DNA of 64,000 nt. Source: Bacilli bacterium (GTDB lineage Bacteria; Bacillota_I; Bacilli_A; RF39; UBA660). A program made the translations under genes and the position numbers. A model generated the notes under the pieces. It made no database searches, had not been told where the DNA came from, and saw only the letters and a list, made by a program, of their open reading frames with translations. The DNA lies in NCBI GenBank assembly GCA_050948865.1, contig JBMNEQ010000003.1:3147-67146 (forward strand), written 5' to 3'. This document shows positions 44,383-53,505 of the stretch, in pieces (position 1 is the first letter of the stretch; each line of letters opens with the position of its first letter).

Positions 44383-46170
44383 ATGTTGGGAAAAATAATT
44401 TCTACAAAAGGGGATCTTATTGAAGTAAAATTAGAAACTGAATTATCTAAAATAGGAAAGATGGTCAATTATCATATTGTTTTTGAAGAAGATAATATTA
44501 AGATTATTGGAGAAATAAAGGATATTGATATAAATATAGCTAGTGTTGTTTTAGTTGGAGAGATTAGAAATGACATATTTTATGCGGGTATTACAAGAAA
44601 ACCTTCTCTTAATTTAAGTTGCCGAGTTATTAATAAAGAAGAATTAAAAATAATTCTTGGAGAAAATGTTTTGTTTGGTAAAAATATGCTTAACTTAGGA
44701 GCGGTTCCTTTATACGGTAATTATTCGATGAATGTTGATGTTAATGAATTTTTTAGTAATCATTTTGCTATTTTTGGTAATACTGGTAGTGGTAAATCTT
44801 ATTCAGTTACAAAAATTCTTCAAAATCTTTTTTATAATAAAAAGGAAGTAGCGGTGAATGCTAAAATCTTTTTGTTTGATGCTTATGGGGAATATCATAA
44901 TGCTTTTAAAAGGATTAATGAGTATTCTGATAAACTTCATTTTAAAACTTATACAACTAATTTATCCTTCCCTGATAGTGAAGTATTAAAGATACCTCTT
45001 TGGCTGCTTGGCGTTGATGATATTGCCTTATTATTAGGGGCTGATAATCATATTCAATTACCAATTATTGAAAAAGCATTAAGACTTGTTTCTATTTTTG
45101 CTAAAGAAGAAGAAGAAGTAATAATTTATAAAAATGATATTATTGCAAGGGCATTATTAGAAATCTTATATAGTGGTAATACTCCTTCTCAAATAAGGGA
45201 TCAAATCTTTGCTGTTTTAACAGCTTTTAATACTAAAGATCTAAGTTTAGAAAGTAAATTAATTCAACCAGGTTATATTAGAACTTTAAGGCAATGTTTA
45301 ATTATTGATCGAGATGGTAAATTAGCTGAAATGCAGTTGGTAACTGAATTTATTACTAGTTTTATTAAAGAAGGTTTAGATTTATTATTACCGGATGGTT
45401 CTTTTCCATATACTTTAGATGATTTAAAAGATGCTTTTGATTTTGCTTTAATCTCGGAAGGAATTTTAAAAAGTGATCGGGTTTATGATTATGCGAATAT
45501 TTTAAAAGTAAGACTTCATTCTTTAATTAATAGTGATAATCGTTACTTTTTAGATTATAAAGGTTTTATTAGTAAAAAGGATTATATTAACCAATTATCA
45601 ATTACTCCTGATGGTAAAAGAGCTCAGATTATTAATTTTAATATTAATTATATAGATGATCGTTTAGCTAAAACTGTTACTAAAATTTATTCAAAAATGT
45701 TATTTGATTATTCAGCTGAATTAGGAGAAAGAGCTTCAGAACCAATTCATATAATTTTAGAAGAGGCTCATCGTTATGTTCAAAATGATAATGATTTATT
45801 TTTATTAGGTTATAATATATTTGATCGAATTACTAAAGAGGGTAGAAAATATGGAATTATTTTAGGACTTATTTCCCAGCGGCCTTCAGAATTAAGTGAA
45901 ACTTCTTTATCACAATGTTCTAACTTTTTAATTTTTAGAATGCTTCATCCTCATGATTCTACTTTTATTAAAAATATGGTTCCCAACATAACAGGGGAAA
46001 TTGTGGAAAAGTTAAAATCCTTACAAGCAGGAACTTGTATTGCTTTTGGTTTAGCTTTTAAATTACCAGTAATTGTTCAGTTTGATCTACCTAATCCTCC
46101 TCCTAAAAGTCATAACGCTAATGTGGCTTTAAGATGGTATCAAAAAGAAGATGAGATTGAAGAACTTTAA
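44383..46170 (+). CDS. HerA/FtsK-superfamily ATPase: HAS-barrel N-domain plus DUF87-type P-loop domain
   Basis: Walker A FAIFGNTGSGKSYSV. Walker B/DEAH-like HIILEEAHRYV. LISQRPSELSETSLSQCSNFLIFRM. Not GspE/PilB-like: no Asp/His boxes and no GPTGSGKT. Confidence 0.7.
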   Translation: MLGKIISTKGDLIEVKLETELSKIGKMVNYHIVFEEDNIKIIGEIKDIDINIASVVLVGEIRNDIFYAGITRKPSLNLSCRVINKEELKIILGENVLFGKNMLNLGAVPLYGNYSMNVDVNEFFSNHFAIFGNTGSGKSYSVTKILQNLFYNKKEVAVNAKIFLFDAYGEYHNAFKRINEYSDKLHFKTYTTNLSFPDSEVLKIPLWLLGVDDIALLLGADNHIQLPIIEKALRLVSIFAKEEEEVIIYKNDIIARALLEILYSGNTPSQIRDQIFAVLTAFNTKDLSLESKLIQPGYIRTLRQCLIIDRDGKLAEMQLVTEFITSFIKEGLDLLLPDGSFPYTLDDLKDAFDFALISEGILKSDRVYDYANILKVRLHSLINSDNRYFLDYKGFISKKDYINQLSITPDGKRAQIINFNINYIDDRLAKTVTKIYSKMLFDYSAELGERASEPIHIILEEAHRYVQNDNDLFLLGYNIFDRITKEGRKYGIILGLISQRPSELSETSLSQCSNFLIFRMLHPHDSTFIKNMVPNITGEIVEKLKSLQAGTCIAFGLAFKLPVIVQFDLPNPPPKSHNANVALRWYQKEDEIEEL

Positions 46171-46177
46171 ATTTAAA

Positions 46178-46203
46178 AAGACAATTTTAAATATTGTCTT
46201 TTT
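46178..46203. terminator. Bidirectional rho-independent terminator between convergent genes
   Basis: aaagacaat-tttaaat-attgtcttt flanked by T and A runs. Confidence 0.6.
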
Positions 46204-46205
46204 AA

Positions 46206-46697
46206 TTAAAGATTATCATTTGTAGAATGAGCTAATCTACTAGCAGCGGAAGCTGCTAAAGCGGCGATAATATCATCTAAAAAAGTATGACATTCTTTTT
46301 TATCTTTACTAAGCTTATCCAATTTACCAATAATGCCTAACTTGGTTTTATCTAAATAACCAAAATTAGTTAAAGCAATAGAACCATGCATATTAATAAT
46401 GCTTAAAGAAAGTATTTCATCAATTCCAAATAAACCATGATCCTCTAAGATAATCTCATTAAGTATTTTATCTAATTTTCTTTCTTCTGCTAATTTATCA
46501 AGAGTAATTCCAACTAAAATAGTATGAATAACTTCTCTTTTATTAAGAACTTTTAAAACAGCTTGATCACATTCTTCATAAGTTAATTTTTGATATTCTT
46601 TTTGAATTTCCAGAACAATTTTTGAGATATCTCTAATTGTAACGCCTCTTTCTTCTAATTGTTTGATAGCTTTCTCTTTCATTGGTTTGACCTCCAA
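46206..46697 (-). CDS. Phosphatidylglycerophosphatase A-like (PgpA/YutG family)
   Basis: CHTFLDDIIAALAASAASRLAH C-terminal PgpA motif. Confidence 0.75.
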   Translation of the reverse strand: MEVKPMKEKAIKQLEERGVTIRDISKIVLEIQKEYQKLTYEECDQAVLKVLNKREVIHTILVGITLDKLAEERKLDKILNEIILEDHGLFGIDEILSLSIINMHGSIALTNFGYLDKTKLGIIGKLDKLSKDKKECHTFLDDIIAALAASAASRLAHSTNDNL

Positions 46698-46740
46698 TCA
46701 TAATAATTTCCTTTTTTCATAATATAATATAGGTGATAGT

Positions 46741-47673
46741 ATGAATAATTATATTAATTATTATTATCATTTATATCCTAAAGAAATATATCAACATCCT
46801 AATTTTTTTTATTTTAAATTACAAAATGATTTTTATTATTTCATTCCTTATAATCGTCCTCTTTTAGAAATAGGTCCTTTATATGAATTAACAATTAGAA
46901 TGTTAAATATTAATTCTTTGACTCATGAGATTATTTTAAACTATCTTTCTCAACCAGTATCTTTTATTGATAATAAACCATACATTTTGTTTAAAAGACG
47001 TTTAAAGGAAGATAAAAATCTTTCTTTAAAAGACATAATTTTTTTTAATCAGGTTCATACTAATATTCAGACTAATAATTTATTAAATCGTTCTAATTGG
47101 GGAGAACTATGGAGTAAAAAAATTGATTATTTTGAAGAACAAATTAGTCAAGTAGGAAAAAACTATCCTTTAGTTAGAGAAAGTATTAATTATTTTATTG
47201 GTTTAGCTGAAAATGCAATCGCTTATATAAATAATACTTTAAATGAACAATTAATTATAGAATCTTTATCTGTAGCTCATAAAAGAATAAAAAAGAATTA
47301 TACTTTATTTGATTTATATAATCCTCTTACTTATATTATTGATTATCAAGTTAGGGATATTGGTGAATATATTAAAGAAAGTTTTTTCCATGATAAAAAT
47401 GTTTGGTTAGAATTAAAAGAATATCTTTTAGAAAATCAGTTATCAACATTTAGCCTTCAATTATTATATGCTAGATTATTATATCCCTCTTATTATTTTG
47501 ATAAATATGAAGAAATAATAGAGGGTAATTTAAAAGAAGAGAGTCTTTTAATTATTTTAAAGAAAGTTGATGCTTATGAATTGTTTTTAGATACTTATTA
47601 TAATTATATTATAAATAAAACTTTAATACCTCCTATACCTTGGTTAAATAAAACTACTTATAATTTAGATTAA
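46741..47673 (+). CDS. CotS/YutH-family spore coat protein (kinase-like fold)
   Basis: 310 aa, Y/N-rich, CotS-like. Neighbourhood PgpA-like / CotS-like / NifU-like mirrors B. subtilis yutG-yutH-yutI. Confidence 0.6.
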   Translation: MNNYINYYYHLYPKEIYQHPNFFYFKLQNDFYYFIPYNRPLLEIGPLYELTIRMLNINSLTHEIILNYLSQPVSFIDNKPYILFKRRLKEDKNLSLKDIIFFNQVHTNIQTNNLLNRSNWGELWSKKIDYFEEQISQVGKNYPLVRESINYFIGLAENAIAYINNTLNEQLIIESLSVAHKRIKKNYTLFDLYNPLTYIIDYQVRDIGEYIKESFFHDKNVWLELKEYLLENQLSTFSLQLLYARLLYPSYYFDKYEEIIEGNLKEESLLIILKKVDAYELFLDTYYNYIINKTLIPPIPWLNKTTYNLD

Positions 47674-47900
47674 TCATTAATATTTATGACCCTTTTTATT
47701 TCTGGAATTTGAGAAGTAAGGGCATTTTGAATAGTAGTTTCTAAAGTAATACTAGCTAAAGGACAATTACTACAAGCTCCTATTAAATTAACAAAAACAA
47801 TTCCATCTTCATATTTTATAAAAGAAACATCACCACCATCATTTTGTAAAAAAGGCCTAATTTTTTCTAATACTTCTTCAATTTGTTTTTCAATTTTCAT
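47670..47900 (-). CDS. NifU/Nfu C-terminal-domain Fe-S assembly protein (YutI-like)
   Basis: ...VNLIGACSNCPLASITLETTIQNAL is a NifU C-terminal CxxC motif. Confidence 0.75.
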   Translation of the reverse strand: MKIEKQIEEVLEKIRPFLQNDGGDVSFIKYEDGIVFVNLIGACSNCPLASITLETTIQNALTSQIPEIKRVININD

Positions 47901-47991
47901 AAAATCACCTATTTACATTATACAGTTACTATTTTCTTTTGTAAATAACTATAAAAAATTAAAGAAAAGCAATGAAGTTACTTGATAACTA

Positions 47992-48021
47992 TTGACAAAG
48001 TTCATAGTAGAATGATATATT
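47992..48021 (+). promoter_or_regulatory. Promoter of the tRNA operon: TTGACA-18-TATATT with TG extension
   Basis: ttgaca 47992-47997. tgatatatt at 48013-48021. Confidence 0.55.
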
Positions 48022-48053
48022 AATATACGTCTAGCGAAGGGATAGGAAAATTA

Positions 48054-48130
48054 GGACGATTAGCTCAGTTGGTTAGAGCACTTGCCTTACAAGCAAGGGG
48101 TCGTAGGTTCGAGTCCTACATTGTCCACCA
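48054..48130 (+). tRNA. tRNA-Val (TAC)
   Basis: ggacgat...anticodon loop ctTACaa...ggttcgagtcc...attgtccacca. Confidence 0.9.
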
Positions 48131-48135
48131 GAGAG

Positions 48136-48211
<76 letters not shown>

Positions 48212-48217
48212 GTGATA

Positions 48218-48301
48218 GGAGAGGTAGCGAAGTGGTCAAACGCGACAGACTGTAAATCTGTTCTTTCGGGTTCGAAGGTTCAAATCCTTCTCTCTCCACC
48301 A
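48218..48301 (+). tRNA. tRNA-Tyr (GTA), long variable arm
   Basis: ggagagg...loop ctGTAaa...cctctccacca. Confidence 0.9.
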
Positions 48302-48304
48302 AAT

Positions 48305-48379
48305 TGCCTCGTAGCCAAGTGGTAAGGCATCAGACTTTGACTCTGACATTCGTTAGTTCGAATCTAGCCGAGGCAGCCA
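48305..48379 (+). tRNA. tRNA-Gln (TTG)
   Basis: tgcctcg...loop ctTTGac...cgaggcagcca. Confidence 0.85.
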
Positions 48380-48386
48380 ATTTTCT

Positions 48387-48463
48387 GCTCCGTTAGCTCA
48401 GTTAGGTAGAGCATTTGACTTTTAATCAAAGGGCCATAGGTTCGAATCCTATACGGGGCACCA
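48387..48463 (+). tRNA. tRNA-Lys (TTT)
   Basis: gctccgt...loop ctTTTaa...acggggcacca. Confidence 0.9.
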
Positions 48464-48466
48464 TGG

Positions 48467-48555
48467 GCTTGTGTGGCGGAATAGGTAGACGCACAGGACT
48501 TAAAATCCTGGGGGAATAAAATCTCGTGCCGGTTCAATTCCGGCCACAAGCACCA
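48467..48555 (+). tRNA. tRNA-Leu (TAA), class II
   Basis: gcttgtg...loop ctTAAaa...long variable arm...cacaagcacca. Confidence 0.9.
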
Positions 48556-48562
48556 TTTAAAT

Positions 48563-48654
48563 GGAGGAATACCCAAGATGGCTGAAGGGGTCGGTCTTGA
48601 AAACCGAAAGGTCGTGAAAGCGGCGCGGGGGTTCAAATCCCTCTTCCTCCGCCA
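48563..48654 (+). tRNA. tRNA-Ser (TGA), class II
   Basis: ggaggaa...loop ctTGAaa...long variable arm...ttcctccgcca. Confidence 0.9.
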
Positions 48655-48666
48655 TAAATTTAATAT

Positions 48667-48742
48667 CGCGGGATGGAGCAGTTGGTAGCTCGTTGGGCTC
48701 ATAACCCGAAGGTCGTTGGTTCAAATCCAGCTCCCGCAACCA
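48667..48742 (+). tRNA. Initiator tRNA-fMet (CAT)
   Basis: cgcggga...ggg-ctCATaa-ccc...cccgcaacca. Shows the C1:A72 mismatch and three G-C pairs in the anticodon stem, as in bacterial initiators. Confidence 0.9.
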
Positions 48743-48751
48743 ATGAAGATT

Positions 48752-48784
48752 AAAGGATTATATAATTTATAATCCTTTTTATTT
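48752..48784 (+). terminator. Rho-independent terminator of the tRNA operon
   Basis: aaggattata-taattta-taatcctt followed by a T5 run. Confidence 0.7.
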
Positions 48785-48834
48785 AAGTTTATATTTTTGA
48801 TATAATGAATATAGATTAAGGGTTAGGTGATAAA

Positions 48835-49314
48835 ATGAAATATAATAAAATAAAAGTTAATGGAGATTATTATTATGTTGCTAAAACAGATAAGGGATTA
48901 ACTTTTCTCGGGCATAAAAACAGATCATTCGAGGATTTAAAGAATTATTTTCCTAAGGAAGAATTAATTTTAAGTAATGATTTTAAAGATGTTGAAACAC
49001 AATTAAAAGAATATTTTCTTCATAAAAGAAAGAACTTTAATTTAAAATTTGATTTAATTGGAACTGAGTTTCAAGTAAAAGTTTGGAAACAACTTTTAAA
49101 GATTGAATATGGAAAGACTAAAGCTTATTCTAAAATTGCTCTTGAATTAGGTGATAAAAAGAAAACAAGAGCTGTTTCTAATGCTATTGCTAAAAACCCT
49201 CTTCCAATAGTAATACCATGTCATCGGGTTATTGGTTTAAATGGTGAATTAAGAGGTTTTGGTGGAGGTTTAGAATTAAAATCTTGGTTATTAAATCATG
49301 AAAAAGATAATTAA
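48835..49314 (+). CDS. ogt: Methylated-DNA-protein-cysteine methyltransferase
   Basis: PCHRVIG active-site motif. 159 aa. Confidence 0.85.
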   Translation: MKYNKIKVNGDYYYVAKTDKGLTFLGHKNRSFEDLKNYFPKEELILSNDFKDVETQLKEYFLHKRKNFNLKFDLIGTEFQVKVWKQLLKIEYGKTKAYSKIALELGDKKKTRAVSNAIAKNPLPIVIPCHRVIGLNGELRGFGGGLELKSWLLNHEKDN

Positions 49315-49859
49315 TCATTTAAAAAATTAACCCCTTTAGTAACCATATTATTTAATAATAAAGCTAAAGTATTAGGATCCTCTAAACAATCATTTTGAAG
49401 CCATCTTTTTATAATTCCTAAACAACCATAGATGGCATATTCTAAAAAGTAATCATAATGAATATTATTATTATATGGCTTTTTCCAATTATTTAAAGCT
49501 CTAGTTTTAAATAAATCAATAATTTTCTTTTGAAATAAACTTTCATCATATTTTTCTAAAAGAATAGAAACAATATTAAAATGATCATATATAAAATTTA
49601 ATAAATCTTTAAATAAAGGAAAAGGATCTTGGTTAAGCTCGTTAGAAGTATATTTAGATAATTTTTTTTCTAAATTATTGATTAAATCATTTTCTATTTG
49701 TTTGATTAAATCAAAAACATCTAAGTAATGATTATAAAAGGTTCCTCTATTAAGATGACTTTTTTCACATATTTCTTTAACAGTTATTTTATTTAATCTT
49801 TTTCTTTTTAATAACTTTATAAAAGTTGTTTCAATTTTCTTTTTACTTTTGTTTCTCAT
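49311..49859 (-). CDS. TetR/AcrR-family transcriptional regulator
   Basis: N-terminal HTH ITVKEICEKSHLNRGTFYNHY. Confidence 0.8.
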   Translation of the reverse strand: MRNKSKKKIETTFIKLLKRKRLNKITVKEICEKSHLNRGTFYNHYLDVFDLIKQIENDLINNLEKKLSKYTSNELNQDPFPLFKDLLNFIYDHFNIVSILLEKYDESLFQKKIIDLFKTRALNNWKKPYNNNIHYDYFLEYAIYGCLGIIKRWLQNDCLEDPNTLALLLNNMVTKGVNFLND

Positions 49860-49987
49860 AAAACCTCCATAATTTTAATTTTGAACACTTTTTATATAAT
49901 TGATTATTGTATTTGTTATGTTAAAGATTATAATATATATAGAATGAAAAATCAACACTGTGTTTAATTTAAAGAAAGGAATGTTTT

Positions 49988-52021
49988 ATGAAAAATTTAT
50001 CAAAGCATTTATTAAGATATAAGAATCTTATTCTTATTTTAGTTTTAGGTATTACTATTGGGAATGGTTTTTTATTAACAAAAGTAGGAACTAATTATAA
50101 TTTGGAGGATTATTTACCAAAGGACGTTCCATCAATAATTGCTTCAGAAGAACTTCTTCAAGATTATGATTTAAAAATTCCGAACGTTAAGTTAGTTTTA
50201 TCTGATGTAACTATTAATGAAGTGATAGGTTATAAGAAAAAAGTTTTAGCTATAAAAGGGGTTAATCAAGTTTTATGGCTAGATGATTTTATTGATTTAG
50301 AAAATCTTGATTATAGTGGTCTATCTTTAGATACTTCCGTTTTAAATGATTGGTATTATAATCAAAAGGCTTTATTATTAATTAATATTGAAGATAATAA
50401 TACTATTAAGATTATTAAAGATATTAAAGAGGCTGTTAAAAGTGATTCTTTAATTACTGGACATGCAGTTATAAAAGCGGTTAGTCAAGAAAATGTTACA
50501 GGAGAAATAAAAAATATAATTTTATTTGTTGTTCCTATAATTTTTTTGATTCTTTTAATTACTACTAGTTCTTGGTTAGAACCTATTTTATTTTTAATTA
50601 CTATTTTGGTAGCAATAATTATTAATTTAGGGACTAATATAATTTTTAAAGAGATATCTTTTATCACACAATCAGCAGTAATTGTTTTACAATTAGCGGT
50701 ATCTATGGATTATGCTATATTTTTATTGCACCGTTTTACTAGTATAAGAGAAGAGAAAGAAGAAGTAGAAACTTCAATGAGAAGAGCAATGAGTGATTCA
50801 GCACCGGTGATATTAGGAAGTGCTCTTACGACTATTTTAGGTTTTTTAGCTTTAACAATTATGAAGTTTAAAATAGGGGCTGATTTAGGTTTAGTTTTAG
50901 CTAAAGGAATAACTTTAAGTTTTTTATCAGTAATGATTTTATTACCTATTTTAGCAGTATTAATGCATAAGGTTATAGAAAAGACAAAACATAAATCATT
51001 AATCCCCTCTTTTAATAAAGTTGGAAAACTAATTGTTAAAAGTCGTTATCTAGTATTAATAATAGTTTTATTATTAGTGGTTCCTAGTTATTTAGGAAGT
51101 CAAAAAAATAATTTTCTTTATGGAAGTTCAGCGATGGAAGATGAAAACTCTTCGGCTTATAAAGATAATTTAAAGATTAATGAAATGTTTGGTAATGATA
51201 ATAATATAATGATCCTAGTTCCTAAAGGGGACTTTAAAAAAGAAGAAAAGATTATTGCTAAATTATTAGACTTAAATCCTAATTTAACAATAAATTCTTA
51301 TATTACTACTTTTGGGACTGAAGTGCCAATGGAATATTTACCAGAAAAAATAGTTAAACAATTTATTTCTAAGAAGTATTCAAAAATTATTATTCAAACT
51401 GATTTAGAAGAAGAAGGAAAAGAAACTTTTGATTTTCTAGAAAGTATGGATAAGATATTAAAAAAGGAATATGAACAGTATTATGTAGCAGGGGTTAGTC
51501 CTACTAATTATGATATGATGAAAGTGATTACAGAAGATAATTTAAAGGTTAATCTAGTAGCGATTATTTCTATTTTTTTAGTTTTAGTTTTAATCTTTAA
51601 ATCTTTATTTACTCCTTTAATTCTTATCACAACAATAGAAATTGCTATTTGGATAAATTTATTTATTACTTATCTTTATGGGTTACCTTTAAATTATATT
51701 GGTTTTTTAATAGTTAGTATTGTTCAATTAGGAGCTACAGTAGATTATGCGATCTTATTTGCGAAAAGATATATTGAAAATAGAAAAGATAAAGAAAGAA
51801 AAGAATCCTTAATCTTTACAATAGAGGAAACAGCTCCTTCTATTCTGTCATCAGCTCTTATTTTAGGCATTGCTGGTTTTGGTTTAGGAATTATTTCTTC
51901 TAATAATGTAATTAGTCAATTAGGAACATTAGTGGGAAGAGGAGCCTTAATATCAGCAATAATGGTTTTGTTATTTCTTCCAGCAATGTTTAGCATAAGT
52001 GATAAATGGATAAAAAAATAG
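49988..52021 (+). CDS. MMPL/RND-superfamily membrane transporter
   Basis: 677 aa. Two blocks of roughly 6 TMs separated by extracytoplasmic domains. MmpL/YdgH-like. Confidence 0.75.
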   Translation: MKNLSKHLLRYKNLILILVLGITIGNGFLLTKVGTNYNLEDYLPKDVPSIIASEELLQDYDLKIPNVKLVLSDVTINEVIGYKKKVLAIKGVNQVLWLDDFIDLENLDYSGLSLDTSVLNDWYYNQKALLLINIEDNNTIKIIKDIKEAVKSDSLITGHAVIKAVSQENVTGEIKNIILFVVPIIFLILLITTSSWLEPILFLITILVAIIINLGTNIIFKEISFITQSAVIVLQLAVSMDYAIFLLHRFTSIREEKEEVETSMRRAMSDSAPVILGSALTTILGFLALTIMKFKIGADLGLVLAKGITLSFLSVMILLPILAVLMHKVIEKTKHKSLIPSFNKVGKLIVKSRYLVLIIVLLLVVPSYLGSQKNNFLYGSSAMEDENSSAYKDNLKINEMFGNDNNIMILVPKGDFKKEEKIIAKLLDLNPNLTINSYITTFGTEVPMEYLPEKIVKQFISKKYSKIIIQTDLEEEGKETFDFLESMDKILKKEYEQYYVAGVSPTNYDMMKVITEDNLKVNLVAIISIFLVLVLIFKSLFTPLILITTIEIAIWINLFITYLYGLPLNYIGFLIVSIVQLGATVDYAILFAKRYIENRKDKERKESLIFTIEETAPSILSSALILGIAGFGLGIISSNNVISQLGTLVGRGALISAIMVLLFLPAMFSISDKWIKK

Positions 52022-52046
52022 CGTCTTAAAAGACGTTATTTTTAAT
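52021..52046 (+). terminator. Rho-independent terminator
   Basis: agcgtctt-aa-aagacgtt followed by attttt. Confidence 0.6.
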
Positions 52047-52436
52047 TGAAAAACCTGATAGTAAAGCTACAGTTAAAAGAATGACTATTAAAAGTTTTGA
52101 TTCCTTATCAAAATTTGATAATAACCTTGGAGAAAGATTATTATCAAGATTAATGAAAAAGAAATATATCGGACAGTAGATATTTTAAAGGGAAAGATCA
52201 TTAATTAATTTTCAAATTAATCATATGATAAAGCTGATATATTATAAAAGGGTAAGAGTAAACCTTGTATTTATATAGGTTAAGCCTTGTTTTTTGTTTT
52301 TTTAACTGTCAAACTCGGAAAATAATTAAATATAAATACTTAAATAAATTGGTAAAACTTACCAAGTAAAAACCGTTGTAAAATCTTGACACACAATGCT
52401 TTAGGTGCTATCTTTATGATAGGAGGAATTAAAGAT

Positions 52437-53471
52437 ATGGGTGGTATGTTTAAGGTTCAAAAACAAGGTTTTACTTTAATTGAATTACTAGCAGTAATAG
52501 TTATTTTGGCTATAGTCTTGGCTATAGCTTTACCGTCTATTACAGGATTAATAGGAAATACTACAGAAAGAGCTTTTTTAATGGATGCAAAAATGGTAAT
52601 AAAAGCAATAGACTATCAACTTTTAGAAGGTTATGATTTAGAAAAAGAACCAATTAATGATGGAATTAATTTTGAAGAAGTACTAAATCTAAGTGCTAAA
52701 AATTATGAAAGTGTTAGTGTATCACTTGATGAAAATGATGAACCATATGTAATGTTAGTAGGTCAAAATAAATGGGAAGGATTAACCGTTTGTGGAACTT
52801 TTAAAGATATGAAGGTAGGGCAAACGGAAGAAATAGTATGTGAGGTACCGGAAGATAATTTTATTTGTGGTGAGGATACAATTTTACATGGTGGATATTC
52901 TTATAAAACAGCAAAAATAGATAATCAGTGTTGGTTTGCGGAGAATTTAAGGTATACAGATTATAAAGATGAAGGAGGAAAATCTTGTTTAGAGAAACAA
53001 TTTTATTCTGAAACAAAGGCTTGTGCTTCTCATACAAAAGATACGGATGGAAAATGTGTAGGCTATTGTAATTGGGAAGGTGAGGAAGTATTATATCAAT
53101 GGGAAGCGATTTTTGGTGATAAGCCATTAATAGAAGAAAGTCAAGGATTATGCCCATTGGGATGGCATATACCAAGTAAAGATGATTGGGAAGTTTTAAT
53201 TGATGGAAAAAGTGATGTTGGTAATAAATTAAAAGCAGGGGGACCTTTTTGGGATGGTAGTAATCAATATAAATTTAATGCTTTACCTGTGGGTGCTCGT
53301 GAATATGATTCAGGATATCTTACAGTGGTTGGTTCAAATTTAACATGGTGGTCTTCCACATCAAATAATTTAAGTGCTTGGGTTTATTATGTTGAAACAG
53401 ACACTTCAGAAATTAAATTCCAGACAGCTGGTAAAGATTATGGCTTTTCAGTTCGTTGTCTTAAAAATTAA
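52437..53471 (+). CDS. Prepilin-type protein: pilin N-terminal module fused to a C-terminal FISUMP (Fibrobacter succinogenes major paralogous) domain
   Basis: M(GG)MFKVQKQG|FTLIELLAVIVILAIVLAIALPSITG. The first roughly 150 aa are about 75% identical to the 8913 pilin. C-terminus CWFAENLRY...LCPLGWHIPSKDDWEVL...WWSST...GFSVRCLKN matches the FISUMP/TIGR02145 pattern. Confidence 0.7.
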   Translation: MGGMFKVQKQGFTLIELLAVIVILAIVLAIALPSITGLIGNTTERAFLMDAKMVIKAIDYQLLEGYDLEKEPINDGINFEEVLNLSAKNYESVSVSLDENDEPYVMLVGQNKWEGLTVCGTFKDMKVGQTEEIVCEVPEDNFICGEDTILHGGYSYKTAKIDNQCWFAENLRYTDYKDEGGKSCLEKQFYSETKACASHTKDTDGKCVGYCNWEGEEVLYQWEAIFGDKPLIEESQGLCPLGWHIPSKDDWEVLIDGKSDVGNKLKAGGPFWDGSNQYKFNALPVGAREYDSGYLTVVGSNLTWWSSTSNNLSAWVYYVETDTSEIKFQTAGKDYGFSVRCLKN

Positions 53472-53505
53472 ACTTAAAGATTACAAATATTAAATTGTAA
53501 TCTTT

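Noticed and set aside
44383-46170. Calling the operon's ATPase a PilB/ComGA secretion ATPase by context.
   Set aside because: Its motifs (HAS-barrel, GNTGSGKS, EEAHR, QRPSE) are HerA/DUF87-type. The GspE-family Asp and His boxes are absent.
48364-48739. ORFs 48364..48702 (-) and 48557..48739 (-) overlapping the tRNA cluster.
   Set aside because: The region is fully explained by eight tRNA genes. The elevated GC of the tRNAs creates open frames.
52079-52180. 33-codon small ORF (MTIKSFDSLSKFDNNLGERLLSRLMKKKYIGQ) in the intergenic region upstream of the pilin-FISUMP gene.
   Set aside because: No RBS, no motif. Probably a chance ORF in a promoter region.
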